Origin: an uncultured virus (IMG/VR IMGVR_UViG_3300025803_002109)
Taxonomy: Duplodnaviria > Heunggongvirae > Uroviricota > Caudoviricetes
Direction: 5' to 3' (one strand)
Length of the DNA stretch: 64,000 nt
IMG/VR virus record: IMGVR_UViG_3300025803_002109
Under the pieces are notes generated by a model that searched no databases, was not told where the DNA came from, and saw only the letters and a list, made by a program, of their open reading frames with translations. Both the position numbers and the translations under genes were made by a program. Below, in pieces: positions 39,098-49,675 of the stretch. Within the stretch, counting starts at the first letter, position 1; every line of letters begins with the position of its first letter.

Positions 39098-42000
39098 ATG
39101 ATGGAAATGAGTGATGAAGAAATTATTGAAACCCCTATTATTGATGAGCCTACTCTAGAAGATGAACTTATTCCTACCGAATCCATGATGAATTCTATGA
39201 TAGAAGACTCTATTGCCGATATGGTAGATGAAGATGAAGATGAGTCTCCTGGAACTATGAGTTCTGCTGTCAAAGATTCAGTGTCTTTGGAAACCAGCAT
39301 AAATAATATTCTAAAAACTTATTTGGGTGATCAACTGTCAGAAACTCTTCTAGAATATGCTGACATAGTTAATCCTGAAGAAATAGACTCTGCCGACAAC
39401 GTATTAATATTTGGAGGACGCACTCGAAATGAAATTAAATTTGCTCAACTCCGCCAAGGTTCAAGTCCTGCAGGTGGAGTCGAAATACTTTCTGGTATTG
39501 AAGTCGGTTCTCTTTCTCCCAGCAATGCATTCTCCGATGAAAGAATTAGAAAAACTTTAGAAAATAAAGTTCTTCGTTTAAACGCTGGACCTAAGAGTGA
39601 GGATAAGAGGGCTGAACAAGCCCAACGGCTATCCAATATCCGCCGTTCAATTAATTCCCTTACTTCCGTCTTTGGGTTTGATGACCCTAGACAAGCGGAA
39701 GCATTTATCGCCGCTTGGTTAATGAAAGATTCCACTTGCCGATTATCTGGAATTCCAGGAACTGGTAAAACTACTGTAGTCGAGTCGGCTGCATTACTTA
39801 TGGCTAACTCCTATGGATTCGATGATCAAATAAGATTTTATCCTAAAGATGCTTCTGATCCAGAATCAGAATTCCTTATCTTTGAAAACGGTCAACAATA
39901 TGAAGCCTACCTAAATCAGAATAAGGATGGTATTCGAGATCTCTGGAATAACTGGAGATTTACTGAATGGTATTCTATGAATCCAGAACAACCCACTGAA
40001 AAAATTGCTAATTTAGGCTCCTCTGGTTCTTATCTATATGATTTTGGTTTCTTGGCTAAAAAGTATTCCGTGATGGAGGGACAAGTTGCTACTTATCGCC
40101 CAAAACTTGGAAGTATCTCTCCGGATCTCTATCGTAAAGCCCTCTTAAATTGTTGGCTATATAAAGAGAAGGGGATTAATCCATTAGATGGTTCCGAATA
40201 TAACATTTACAAAATCATGCCGATCAACCTAGGTCTTGAAGCCTTTGGTCCTGGTAGGGATGGAAAAATTACGGCGGGAGAATCACACCCTAATGATCCT
40301 AATTATAAGGCTCAATTCACAGTAGATTATGCAAAACTTTTGACTCCCGGTTTAAAAGAAAAATTAACTGGTAACATGACAATGGCTGATTTATTACAGT
40401 CTTTAGACTTTAGAACGGACGCTGGCCGTAATGAAGGATTTGCCCTTCGTGAGTGGTTAATGTCTCATTACTATGATGAGAGAAGAGATAGAGGAGATGC
40501 AGGTCGAAGTTCCATAAAGGGAGAAATGCTAAGAGAGATTGGTATTGCTAAAATCGATTATGATAAGCGAGCCGATGAAGTCCTCTATGGTATGGATATT
40601 AGACAAGTTTCTAGAAAAGATCCAAATGATCCTGGAAAAACAATTTCCGCTTATGATTTCGAACCAATACCAAGACCAGTTGTTACGCAACCTATCAAGT
40701 TCTTTAACGAAGCAAACCGTTCTCAATCTGGAGTAGAAGATGCAATTCTAGGATTGATTGCTGAAAAGACTGTAGAATATCGTGGACGTTCATTCCGTTC
40801 TCCTTCTTTCGTGGCTTGGATGGATACTAACCCTCACCAAAAAGGAAACGATTTGGCTTTCGTAGATCGAATTGATATGGAACTTTTATTCAGCACACTG
40901 ACTCTAGGAGATAGATATATGCAGTTGAAGTCTCAATATAAAGATAGAACTGTCAATCAAGATACAGATGCTCTCAGCCAACCTCAAGATTTAGTTATTT
41001 TTGATTCCGAAATTGGTATGGCTTCTGATTCACCTAACCGTGCCCGTTCTATGCGAATTACAGATTTGATGAAACTCTGGAAATATATCGATGGAATACC
41101 TTTCACTAATGGTGGTCGTTCAATGATGGGCTATGATGGATTAAGAGACATTTCTTTGATATCAGTTATGTTTACTCAAAGATACATGACACGCCCTACC
41201 GAAACTACAATGGGATCTGATCAAAGTAGAACGGCTCAGTTACCCGATTCACAAAACATTCACAGCAGTCCTTTAATAGATATTTCAAAGACTACTAATC
41301 AAGATCTTTTAGAAGGAAACTCTCCGACTACTATGTTCGAAACAGATAACGCTTCGTCTTTTGGATCTATCGGAACTGATGGTTCTCTACAAGCACCCGC
41401 TTTATTCAAGAGAGTTTTAGGATTCAGGTTTACTAAATCTTTAGTAAAACTTTCTCGAACATTAGCCTTCTTAAGAGGAAAAGATTTCGTTACTAGAACT
41501 GAAATTTTAGATGCCCTTCCATATGTTATCGGACATCGTATGGGTCCTGCCCGTGCCGGTAATGACCCTAAAGGTAGAGATCTCGGAACTGTAACTGGTG
41601 GATTAGGTGTGCTACCTTCTGAACAAGAATTAATTAGAGAACTTTTAGTTTCTGGATATGTAAAGCCAGTTTCTGGAGAGAGTTCAGATGATGGTTCCTT
41701 GAAGTTCGAACCGCTATATGAAGCACAAGCGAATCCAAACACAAATTCTCGAAAAAATACATTACTTGATGTTTGGGATACCGTTTATCAAAGATGTATG
41801 GCTACTTTGGCCTCCTGTGATAACTTTGCTCAATATGAAGCCAAGATCCTTCGTCCATTAAAACAAATGTTAAATGGAGAAGATGCAGATAATGCAGAAA
41901 ATACTACTCCTATTCATTGGCATATTGCTACTATGGTAGTAGAGCAAGAAAGAAAAGAAAAAGAACTTTCTCGATGTCTTCGAACTGATGATGGCCTAAC

Positions 42001-43312
42001 TTATCGCCAAAGATATAACAAATACTTCCGAGCCATCAATATTCCAACCGATGTTAATGAATCATTAGATATGCAAGCCCCTAGCACTGCTGAAGGTATT
42101 CAAATTGATTACAGTTTATTAGATTATTATATTTTGAGATCTAAAATTGCCTCCGATCCACTGCTCTTTACTGATGATAGAACTTATTTACTTGACTTAG
42201 TAGAAGCACGTATCTCTACGTTTGCTGGACCGGCTTTCAATGTGGCCGCTGAGGATGCTATACAAGTTCCAATTGGATACTCTACTTACTATTTGTGGAA
42301 TGATTCCAGTCCACTAATTCAAGATTACATAGTTCATCCAAATCCTGGAACTTACAATATTTCCACATATAATGATGCTTTGGGTGCTTACGGCCAACTA
42401 ATGCAAAACAGTAAGAAAATTGATGTCGCTGCCATAATCGGAGAAATCAGTTCCGAGGACGATGCGATATTTAATTTAACTAATGATGCTACTGTAGGGC
42501 TTTCTTATGAAATGTCCAACCAAAAGATGCAAATTTCGGGATCCTATCTTCATCGTAAAGAAAGTGATGGATCTTACTTGGAAATAGATAGAACTACGGC
42601 TCGATCTCCTGGAACGTATTTGGCTAGTATGGATGCCATTACTGATAATTTCCGTGCTTGGTGCGATTCTGGAGTAATAATGTCTAGCAATGGCAGTATT
42701 ATAAGTTCTAATGCAGATTTCGAATTGACTATGGAAGATTGGGAACTCGCAGTAGAAGCCGTCTTAGCCAACCCTAATCAAGATATTGCTCAAACTTTAT
42801 CAGATGCGGGCATAGATCCTACTTGGGAATTTGCTTTTGATGATTCTGGTTTATTCTTTTGCTTCGATCTAGCACACCATAGTTCTTCTCGTAAAGCAAA
42901 CACTTTACTAGTTATGATGAAAGAACAAGGATTGATTGATGAAGATGCTACTGATATTCCAAACGATAAATTAAAACTATGGGTTTGGATCGCCGCTAAA
43001 AAATATATAGATGACGATGCTGCCACAGCAACTTGGAGATATATTACTACTTATGGAATTACTAGTGGTTTCTTAGCCGATACAAAAATAATTAGAAAAG
43101 GAACCGGTCAATATGAAATGACAGTTCCCGGAACATTTGTAGCCATTGATAGTCAAGCATTTTATGACGCTTGTGGAAAGGCTAGCAATTGGTCCCCGGC
43201 AGGAGATGATACAGTTCCATTTATGGATGCAGGAAATTTGACCGAGGCTGATGCGGGAGCATACCACCAACTATTTTTAGGTGCTTTATTCCGTGCCAAC
43301 CAGGGGTCTTGA
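39098..43312 (+). CDS. Very large MoxR-type AAA+ ATPase
   Basis: Walker A GIPGTGKT; DEVLYG; Walker B-like KFFNEANR; AILGLIAEKTV; sensor DTNP; AFVDRID Arg finger; ALPYVIGHR. Confidence 0.85.
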   Translation: MMEMSDEEIIETPIIDEPTLEDELIPTESMMNSMIEDSIADMVDEDEDESPGTMSSAVKDSVSLETSINNILKTYLGDQLSETLLEYADIVNPEEIDSADNVLIFGGRTRNEIKFAQLRQGSSPAGGVEILSGIEVGSLSPSNAFSDERIRKTLENKVLRLNAGPKSEDKRAEQAQRLSNIRRSINSLTSVFGFDDPRQAEAFIAAWLMKDSTCRLSGIPGTGKTTVVESAALLMANSYGFDDQIRFYPKDASDPESEFLIFENGQQYEAYLNQNKDGIRDLWNNWRFTEWYSMNPEQPTEKIANLGSSGSYLYDFGFLAKKYSVMEGQVATYRPKLGSISPDLYRKALLNCWLYKEKGINPLDGSEYNIYKIMPINLGLEAFGPGRDGKITAGESHPNDPNYKAQFTVDYAKLLTPGLKEKLTGNMTMADLLQSLDFRTDAGRNEGFALREWLMSHYYDERRDRGDAGRSSIKGEMLREIGIAKIDYDKRADEVLYGMDIRQVSRKDPNDPGKTISAYDFEPIPRPVVTQPIKFFNEANRSQSGVEDAILGLIAEKTVEYRGRSFRSPSFVAWMDTNPHQKGNDLAFVDRIDMELLFSTLTLGDRYMQLKSQYKDRTVNQDTDALSQPQDLVIFDSEIGMASDSPNRARSMRITDLMKLWKYIDGIPFTNGGRSMMGYDGLRDISLISVMFTQRYMTRPTETTMGSDQSRTAQLPDSQNIHSSPLIDISKTTNQDLLEGNSPTTMFETDNASSFGSIGTDGSLQAPALFKRVLGFRFTKSLVKLSRTLAFLRGKDFVTRTEILDALPYVIGHRMGPARAGNDPKGRDLGTVTGGLGVLPSEQELIRELLVSGYVKPVSGESSDDGSLKFEPLYEAQANPNTNSRKNTLLDVWDTVYQRCMATLASCDNFAQYEAKILRPLKQMLNGEDADNAENTTPIHWHIATMVVEQERKEKELSRCLRTDDGLTYRQRYNKYFRAINIPTDVNESLDMQAPSTAEGIQIDYSLLDYYILRSKIASDPLLFTDDRTYLLDLVEARISTFAGPAFNVAAEDAIQVPIGYSTYYLWNDSSPLIQDYIVHPNPGTYNISTYNDALGAYGQLMQNSKKIDVAAIIGEISSEDDAIFNLTNDATVGLSYEMSNQKMQISGSYLHRKESDGSYLEIDRTTARSPGTYLASMDAITDNFRAWCDSGVIMSSNGSIISSNADFELTMEDWELAVEAVLANPNQDIAQTLSDAGIDPTWEFAFDDSGLFFCFDLAHHSSSRKANTLLVMMKEQGLIDEDATDIPNDKLKLWVWIAAKKYIDDDAATATWRYITTYGITSGFLADTKIIRKGTGQYEMTVPGTFVAIDSQAFYDACGKASNWSPAGDDTVPFMDAGNLTEADAGAYHQLFLGALFRANQGS

Positions 43313-43316
43313 ATAC

Positions 43317-44555
43317 ATGAGTATTAAATCATTTTCCGAGGCTCAGGCACAAGCCGCCTATAACGCTGAATTAAATGCACCGGCTGCATTAATTGATGCC
43401 TGGACTGAAATACTTCCTTTACAAGCAGGAACAAAATTGAATAGTGGTGGTTCCATTACTGATTTCGATATTGGTTCTGGATATCACGGCCCTGCCACTA
43501 ATATGGGAAAAATCTTTATGCCTCTACAGTATATACCCATGTGTATACCAGAAAATTATCATATGTTTGATCCTAGATTCGTAGATATTATGATTAAATA
43601 TGTTGCCGGTTTCGTCTTGGCTCACGAAATAGGACACAACAATATACATCCTGGCCAGTCTGCCGGAGATTGGGCAACAGCAATTAAAGATATTGAAGTA
43701 GATGAATCTGATAAAGTTATGTGGATGAATTTTATTTCAGACATAATGGTAAACTATAATGTTAATAATGCTACTGCTCTTTCTGGAGGTGTCTCTGAGA
43801 CAGACAGAGAAAATTATATTCTAAACACTACTTTAGGAAATCATGTATCCATGTTTTTAAGAACTCAACACAATCCTGCCCATATGCAAGAAGTTTTAGA
43901 TGCCAAAAGAACTTATACAGGAGTTCCTATTTCAGATAATCGACAAGTAAAAGACGACATTGTTCCAGATGAAGATCCTCTTTGGCATTATTATAGTGGA
44001 TTAGGAAGAGGAAATCAATATTTCCCTTCTTTGGCACAATCTGTTTGTGAAAATCATCCTAAAGAATATTTACAAGTTCGACCTCGAAAGACTGGAAACC
44101 CCGGAGAAACTAGGTTAAGTGATTCTAAATCTTATACAGTAGTCGATGTTGAAACTTATGATGGAAAACATAAGGATGAATTAATTGCAGAGTCTAATAA
44201 GAAAGCATCATCAGCACCTTATAATTTATTACCTTATTATCAACCCATTGCTAAAATTAAAATTGGTTCTGACTGGTATGATGCACGATATTTTGATGAC
44301 ATTTGTCCATTATCTGGGAAAGTAATGTGGGGTGGATCTACCTGGAATTATTGGTTACAATCAGAAACAAAAGAAACTTGGGATCAAAAGGTAGGAGGAG
44401 ATGATAATCGAGCACAAATTGTTCATTTATTATGTAATGAGTGGGGAGGCCACTATGCAAATGAGGGATTTGCTGGAAAAACAGGATACAAAGCCGGTGA
44501 TGCTTGGATAGATGCTTTTGCACCCGTAATGCACCAAGTTTTTAGATATGAGTGA
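43317..44555 (+). CDS. Zincin metallopeptidase-like protein (DUF2201 N-terminal-like)
   Basis: FVLAHEIGHNNIH (HExxH) followed by NFISDIMVN; ORF open from 43281, likely ATG 43317. Confidence 0.75.
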   Translation: MSIKSFSEAQAQAAYNAELNAPAALIDAWTEILPLQAGTKLNSGGSITDFDIGSGYHGPATNMGKIFMPLQYIPMCIPENYHMFDPRFVDIMIKYVAGFVLAHEIGHNNIHPGQSAGDWATAIKDIEVDESDKVMWMNFISDIMVNYNVNNATALSGGVSETDRENYILNTTLGNHVSMFLRTQHNPAHMQEVLDAKRTYTGVPISDNRQVKDDIVPDEDPLWHYYSGLGRGNQYFPSLAQSVCENHPKEYLQVRPRKTGNPGETRLSDSKSYTVVDVETYDGKHKDELIAESNKKASSAPYNLLPYYQPIAKIKIGSDWYDARYFDDICPLSGKVMWGGSTWNYWLQSETKETWDQKVGGDDNRAQIVHLLCNEWGGHYANEGFAGKTGYKAGDAWIDAFAPVMHQVFRYE

Positions 44556-44570
44556 GTTGGAGGAAATAAT

Positions 44571-47141
44571 ATGGGTTATGAAGATAATGCTTTCAATACC
44601 AAAGAAGGAAAAGATATTTTGAAACAAAATTTTAGATTAGTTTTTGCTCCCTCAAGAAAGGATCCAACTCAGATAGAAAGCAAAGATTTACAAACAATTA
44701 CTAAACATTTCGTATCAAATACCAAACAGATCATAAATAATATTAAAAGATTTGCTAAAGGTTATACTCCTATCAAACCTTCGGATGCTTATGAAAGTGG
44801 TATTTATGTTTGCCCTCATTGTCAACGCCGAGATTGGATGTGGCTTTGGGAGTATAAAGATTTAGGATACTGGGATCAAAATTCAATTTCTACTGGAAAT
44901 CTAAATTTTAATTTAACTTCTGGATTTAGTAAAAAAGATTATAGATCAAATACATTCCCTTCTATCGCTCACGTAACCTGCAATACTGTAAATTATTGTC
45001 CAGAGTGTAGCATTACTAGTTTAGACTCAACAGTTTGCCCTAATTGCAGTGGAGATACTAAGAAAGTAGGTTGTGGTAAAGATTCATATGCAATTCACTA
45101 TACCCCTCCAATAACTGCCTCCACTTATGGGGCTACTCAAATAACTGCAACTAACAATTCTACCCATAAATATGTAGAGAAAAATATTTCAGAAACCTCA
45201 CAACAAATCAAATATCAATCAGGAATTAGAACTGCTTTTGAGTATCAAAAAGAGTCAGTAGCCCCTAGGGAGTTCACAAACGATTCTACTAGTTCAAATA
45301 TTTATTCTAGTGATTATCCTAATTTTGAACAAAAAAGAGTAGGAATTCCTAGTTTAGTAGTTGGATATTCTTCCAGTTCATTAATTAAAACCAATGATAA
45401 TGGGACTATGGGGAAGCCGTTAGTTGAAAGATATCCTATTTCACCTATGCGTATGTTGATTTCAAACCCTCCAGCGAGATATAAATGTAATCATAGAGAT
45501 CATTGGATTTTCGGAAAAGATGGAGGTTGGTATAGTAGTTCTGCATATGCGATTACTTCTCGTAGTCTAGGTGAATCTTATTGGTGTGATACCGTAGATC
45601 CAGAAACTGGAAGACAACATGGAAATAGATATACTCAAAAGGATTTAAGTTTTGGTCGTTCAGATTTGTTAAATTGCCGAATTACTAGTCCTAATCCATT
45701 ACCAGAGGATGCAATCCAAGGGAGAACTTTTGGTGGAAAGCCAATTTATCGTATAACTCTACAGTATGAAAGCAATGTTAATTATCGTGGTAGCGACTCA
45801 ACAAACCTTACTGATGATAGTAATTGGTCTACACCATTTTCTAGCACGGTGCAAAAGTCTCTTTATTTGCCTATGGTTTTTAGTTTAATGGAAATCCCAC
45901 AGAATGTAACTGAAGTAGATATGAATCCTGGCGGGCGAGAACCTTGCCCCAACGATCCAGCAATAGAAGAAATTGTGGGATCTTTCAAAGCCGACTTGAC
46001 AGCCCAAGAAGAATTGCCACCAGAAACTAGAATTGATAAAACTTTAACCGTAGAAAAACTAATTGATGAAGGCCGTCAAGATGTAGTAGATATTTTAAAT
46101 CAATATGCTAGAGGATTTATTAATGATGAAATTTCTCCTTTACTACTAGAAAATACTAGTAACCGAGGCATTCTTTTGAACAAAAAATATCGTGGCTGGG
46201 TTGATTTATCAGATCCAATCGAAAACGCCGGTGGATTTACAGTTCCTCGTAAATTATTCTTAAATAATAAAGTAGACAAAGCCAAGACTTGGTTAAAAGA
46301 TTATTGCCGAAATACTTTATTTAATAATGATATCGCTCCATCTGGGAAAATAATTTTTGGTAATTTTGGATGGGTTGCTTCAGCACGGAATAGACGAAGC
46401 CATACTAGCCAAATACGTTCCCGAACTGATGACCGAGTATTACACAAACCTAATTATACATGGCTGACTTCTACTCGACATATCGAACCTAATATTATTC
46501 CGTTAATCGTAGGAACTAATAGTAGTATTACTACTTCTCAATCTCCTTGGAGTGCGGAGTTTAAGCGAAAATTAAAAGGCACTAAAGTTGCCGGATCTAC
46601 TACACCGATGAAACCCTATATAACTAGTTCTCCTAGTTCATTCTTACCTCTCACTTTATTGGCTTACACTAGTTTACCAGTGGCCGGAATAGGTGGAACT
46701 GTCTCCAAAGCAATAGATACTGAAATTAAAGATCTTAATATGCTACACTATGTCGCCACCGGTCTAAGTTATGTAGATGATGAAATGATGACTAGTTATA
46801 CCATTATGCGTTGTGAAACTTGTAATGAAATTGTGGACTCTGGAGGAGTCCTACCTTATCGCATTGGCCGAGGAGAAGTAGATGCTGCTGGAAAAGTCAC
46901 CGGAATTAATAGGAACTTGACTCAAGAATACTTTGATATCGAACAGGCTCACGAAACTAATGGGGGCGGTAAATACAAACCATATGTTAGTCAGTCTGGT
47001 GCGAATATTTGTCCAGCGTGGGGAATCGATGAACCGGCAGCCAATAAATATGGTAAAGAAATGTTACTAGGTGGTGTAACTGGACAGGATGCTTCTAAAT
47101 CACTCACTATTAGCGTCAGGAAAGAAAAGGACACTAAATAG
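44571..47141 (+). CDS. Large multi-Zn-ribbon protein
   Basis: CPHC, CPEC, CPNC, GCG, CNH..H, CETC; GGAGG Shine-Dalgarno. Confidence 0.8.
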   Translation: MGYEDNAFNTKEGKDILKQNFRLVFAPSRKDPTQIESKDLQTITKHFVSNTKQIINNIKRFAKGYTPIKPSDAYESGIYVCPHCQRRDWMWLWEYKDLGYWDQNSISTGNLNFNLTSGFSKKDYRSNTFPSIAHVTCNTVNYCPECSITSLDSTVCPNCSGDTKKVGCGKDSYAIHYTPPITASTYGATQITATNNSTHKYVEKNISETSQQIKYQSGIRTAFEYQKESVAPREFTNDSTSSNIYSSDYPNFEQKRVGIPSLVVGYSSSSLIKTNDNGTMGKPLVERYPISPMRMLISNPPARYKCNHRDHWIFGKDGGWYSSSAYAITSRSLGESYWCDTVDPETGRQHGNRYTQKDLSFGRSDLLNCRITSPNPLPEDAIQGRTFGGKPIYRITLQYESNVNYRGSDSTNLTDDSNWSTPFSSTVQKSLYLPMVFSLMEIPQNVTEVDMNPGGREPCPNDPAIEEIVGSFKADLTAQEELPPETRIDKTLTVEKLIDEGRQDVVDILNQYARGFINDEISPLLLENTSNRGILLNKKYRGWVDLSDPIENAGGFTVPRKLFLNNKVDKAKTWLKDYCRNTLFNNDIAPSGKIIFGNFGWVASARNRRSHTSQIRSRTDDRVLHKPNYTWLTSTRHIEPNIIPLIVGTNSSITTSQSPWSAEFKRKLKGTKVAGSTTPMKPYITSSPSSFLPLTLLAYTSLPVAGIGGTVSKAIDTEIKDLNMLHYVATGLSYVDDEMMTSYTIMRCETCNEIVDSGGVLPYRIGRGEVDAAGKVTGINRNLTQEYFDIEQAHETNGGGKYKPYVSQSGANICPAWGIDEPAANKYGKEMLLGGVTGQDASKSLTISVRKEKDTK

Positions 47142-47205
47142 CATAAGTTAATATAGCAGACAGAATAAAGTAAAACTATTAAATTAAATTAAATAAATTA
47201 AAATT

Positions 47206-47222
47206 GAGGAAGTAAGGAGGGT
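47206..47222 (+). repeat. 17-bp element GAGGAAGTAAGGAGGGT, copy 3 of 4
   Basis: Exact match; here it also provides a Shine-Dalgarno for the vWA gene. Confidence 0.9.
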
Positions 47223-47230
47223 CTTTAAGT

Positions 47231-48313
47231 ATGGGAGGAACATTTGAGCAAACCGCAATTGTTACTAAAGATCCCTATGCGTGGTTGTCTGAATCTCCGA
47301 TAGAGGCAGATCCCGCCGATTATCCTGAATTTGAAAATCCATTGGAAGTTGTAGTTCGTTCATTAAATCAGATGATATTTCCTTCACCTAAGAAAATTAA
47401 ATTTCCTGAAGAACCAACTGGTCGAAAATCTTGGATGCCAGGTATTGATCCAGAATCTAGAGTAATTCCTGAGACTATTGTTCCTGGAATTCTAGAAGGC
47501 AATCCTCTACAAAGAGTTATGCAATATACTCCTTCAGGAGATCCGACAGAAGGTGAAGCCACCTTCATTAATTTTATTTGTGATTGTTCAGGTTCGATGA
47601 GCCGATCAGATATGGGTTTGTTGCCTAATGGAGATCAATGTGCCCGTTGGGAAATGGCTAGGATTATTTGTTCTAGCATTTTAGAAGTTGCTAAAACAGA
47701 AGAACACTATTTCCAAGTAATAGGATATGATACTTCTGCCTGGGATATTTGGGAAGGTCCTTCTAATGATTACGATGCGGCTCTAGATTATATTTTAAGA
47801 TTTAATGCTGATGAATCCTCCGACACTGGAGCCCAGGCTCCATTCTTTCCAAGAGGTGGCACTGCTGCCGGAACAGGAATGGCTAGAGCATTGGAAAACA
47901 TGGAAAAGTTTGTAGTAGGAGGTAAATGGAAGGTTAAAAATTGTTATACTTTCGTTATTTCAGATGAGGATCTGTCATTTGGTGAGGCTAACAATAAGTC
48001 TAACCGCACAGTTGGTTATTGGGATGAAAAGTTACGGGCTTATGGTCCAGTTTTCTATGCCTTTACTACTCAAGTTCTTCCCGATGGATCCGTAAATGAA
48101 AAAGTTTCTGGACAAATGGTTAGAGCAATTAAATCCTTAAAAGAGCAATTAGACAATCATTATGCCGGTAGATATAAAGTAAGCGATTGTTCGACAAGTT
48201 TTGGATTATTTTATGATCCGATTACTAAGAAGACGATTGGAGGGGGAACTTTTATAGAAGTTTGTCAAGGAAGGTCTAATGTAGCCTGTGAAGGAGCATT
48301 TAGTGACAAATAA
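47231..48313 (+). CDS. von Willebrand factor A (vWA) domain protein
   Basis: MIDAS FICDCSGSM, GGT...GMARAL, FVISD. Confidence 0.85.
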   Translation: MGGTFEQTAIVTKDPYAWLSESPIEADPADYPEFENPLEVVVRSLNQMIFPSPKKIKFPEEPTGRKSWMPGIDPESRVIPETIVPGILEGNPLQRVMQYTPSGDPTEGEATFINFICDCSGSMSRSDMGLLPNGDQCARWEMARIICSSILEVAKTEEHYFQVIGYDTSAWDIWEGPSNDYDAALDYILRFNADESSDTGAQAPFFPRGGTAAGTGMARALENMEKFVVGGKWKVKNCYTFVISDEDLSFGEANNKSNRTVGYWDEKLRAYGPVFYAFTTQVLPDGSVNEKVSGQMVRAIKSLKEQLDNHYAGRYKVSDCSTSFGLFYDPITKKTIGGGTFIEVCQGRSNVACEGAFSDK

Positions 48314-48389
48314 AATAATGAATTCTTTTTATGTGCTTGTTTAGATGTGAACCCTTAAATATCTGTAGGTCATAACTAAAAGTGATTAT

Positions 48390-49646
48390 ATGTCTGACAT
48401 TACTCTGGGCGACCACATTAAATTTCCGGCTTACGGAGAAAAATCTGTATCTTCGCAAGTTGTTTTCGTTACTGGTAAGAGAGGTTCCGGAAAATCTTAT
48501 ACCGCTGGTGTGATGATGGAAGAATTTGATAAGGCTCAGTTACAATTCGTTTGTTTCGATGTTTTGTCTGCCCATGCCGGTATGGATGCATTACCTAATG
48601 TAGAATCTATCCGTCCTCGAGAAGATGAAACTATTGATATGAATTTATTAGTCTCTAAGATCGCTACCGGAAATAAATCTTTAATTATAGATATTGGAGG
48701 ATGCACATTACCTAAGCAACAACTTTTAATTGCTGATTATTGTGAGGCTCTAATTGATGCCAAAATTGGCCATAACCATAATAAAACTTTAATGACTATT
48801 ATTGAAGAATGTCAGGATTTCGTGCCCCAACAAGGACGGCCAGTTTCATTTTCACCAATTGTTAGACTTTGTAAGTTAGGTCGTGGATTAGGTTATGGTT
48901 GCACTTTGATTACTCAGCGACCTGCAGCCTGTAACAAAGAAGCCTTATCACAAGCGGCAGTATATCTAACGCATAATGTGATAAATAGCCGTGATCTCAA
49001 GGCTTTGGAAGAACAGTTGTCATTTGGAACTGATCGAGAAAGAGTAAAAAGAATTCTACAAGGTGTCAATGCGGCTCAAAAAGGAGAAGTCGTAGCCTAT
49101 GCTCCCGAATATTTCCGAGAAACAGGATACATTCGTATTGGTAAAATCCGTGGCGACCGCCGAGTTAAACATACTGGTGGTAACATTTCCGCTTCGCCAT
49201 TAACCAGTAATAATTCTGAATCTTTTGCTGGAACTAGTTCTCCTTCTGGAGAAATGATTGGAGACTATAGTAATTCATCCAATAATATTTCTTTTGCCGA
49301 AACTAGTTCTCCTACAGGTCTAGTTACTTTAGAACCTATTAGCAGTTTAGGAGGGGCTGGTGCAGCCTCCTCTTTGTTAACTAGTAATATGGGATTCAAA
49401 CCTTTAGATCCCTATGCGGCCTCTGAAATGGGTGGCGATAGATATCTTACCGACATGGATTTAGATTCTTCTCGAGAAGAAATTTTGACTTGGGATCCTC
49501 CAGTAACCTATGAGGGTCTTGAAGACATGAACTCTGATACATTTCTATCAGAGGAAACCAAAACATCTTTTATTAAAGGTCCTATTTGGGGCTTTGGTGT
49601 CGCAGTAATGATTGCTTCGGGTGCATATTTCGTAGTAAAGAAATGA
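48390..49646 (+). CDS. HerA/FtsK-superfamily ATPase (DUF87-like) with C-terminal TM anchor
   Basis: VTGKRGSGKSY, CFD, IIEECQDFVP, GRGLG...ITQRPA; Ser-rich linker; IWGFGVAVMIASGAYFVVKK-stop. Confidence 0.85.
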   Translation: MSDITLGDHIKFPAYGEKSVSSQVVFVTGKRGSGKSYTAGVMMEEFDKAQLQFVCFDVLSAHAGMDALPNVESIRPREDETIDMNLLVSKIATGNKSLIIDIGGCTLPKQQLLIADYCEALIDAKIGHNHNKTLMTIIEECQDFVPQQGRPVSFSPIVRLCKLGRGLGYGCTLITQRPAACNKEALSQAAVYLTHNVINSRDLKALEEQLSFGTDRERVKRILQGVNAAQKGEVVAYAPEYFRETGYIRIGKIRGDRRVKHTGGNISASPLTSNNSESFAGTSSPSGEMIGDYSNSSNNISFAETSSPTGLVTLEPISSLGGAGAASSLLTSNMGFKPLDPYAASEMGGDRYLTDMDLDSSREEILTWDPPVTYEGLEDMNSDTFLSEETKTSFIKGPIWGFGVAVMIASGAYFVVKK

Positions 49647-49675
49647 TTATATAGGTGATTTCCTTATAATCAGTC

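Noticed and set aside
48390..49646. Cellular HerA-NurA resection operon
   Set aside because: No nurA, mre11 or rad50; the protein lacks the N-terminal HAS barrel and has a TM tail.
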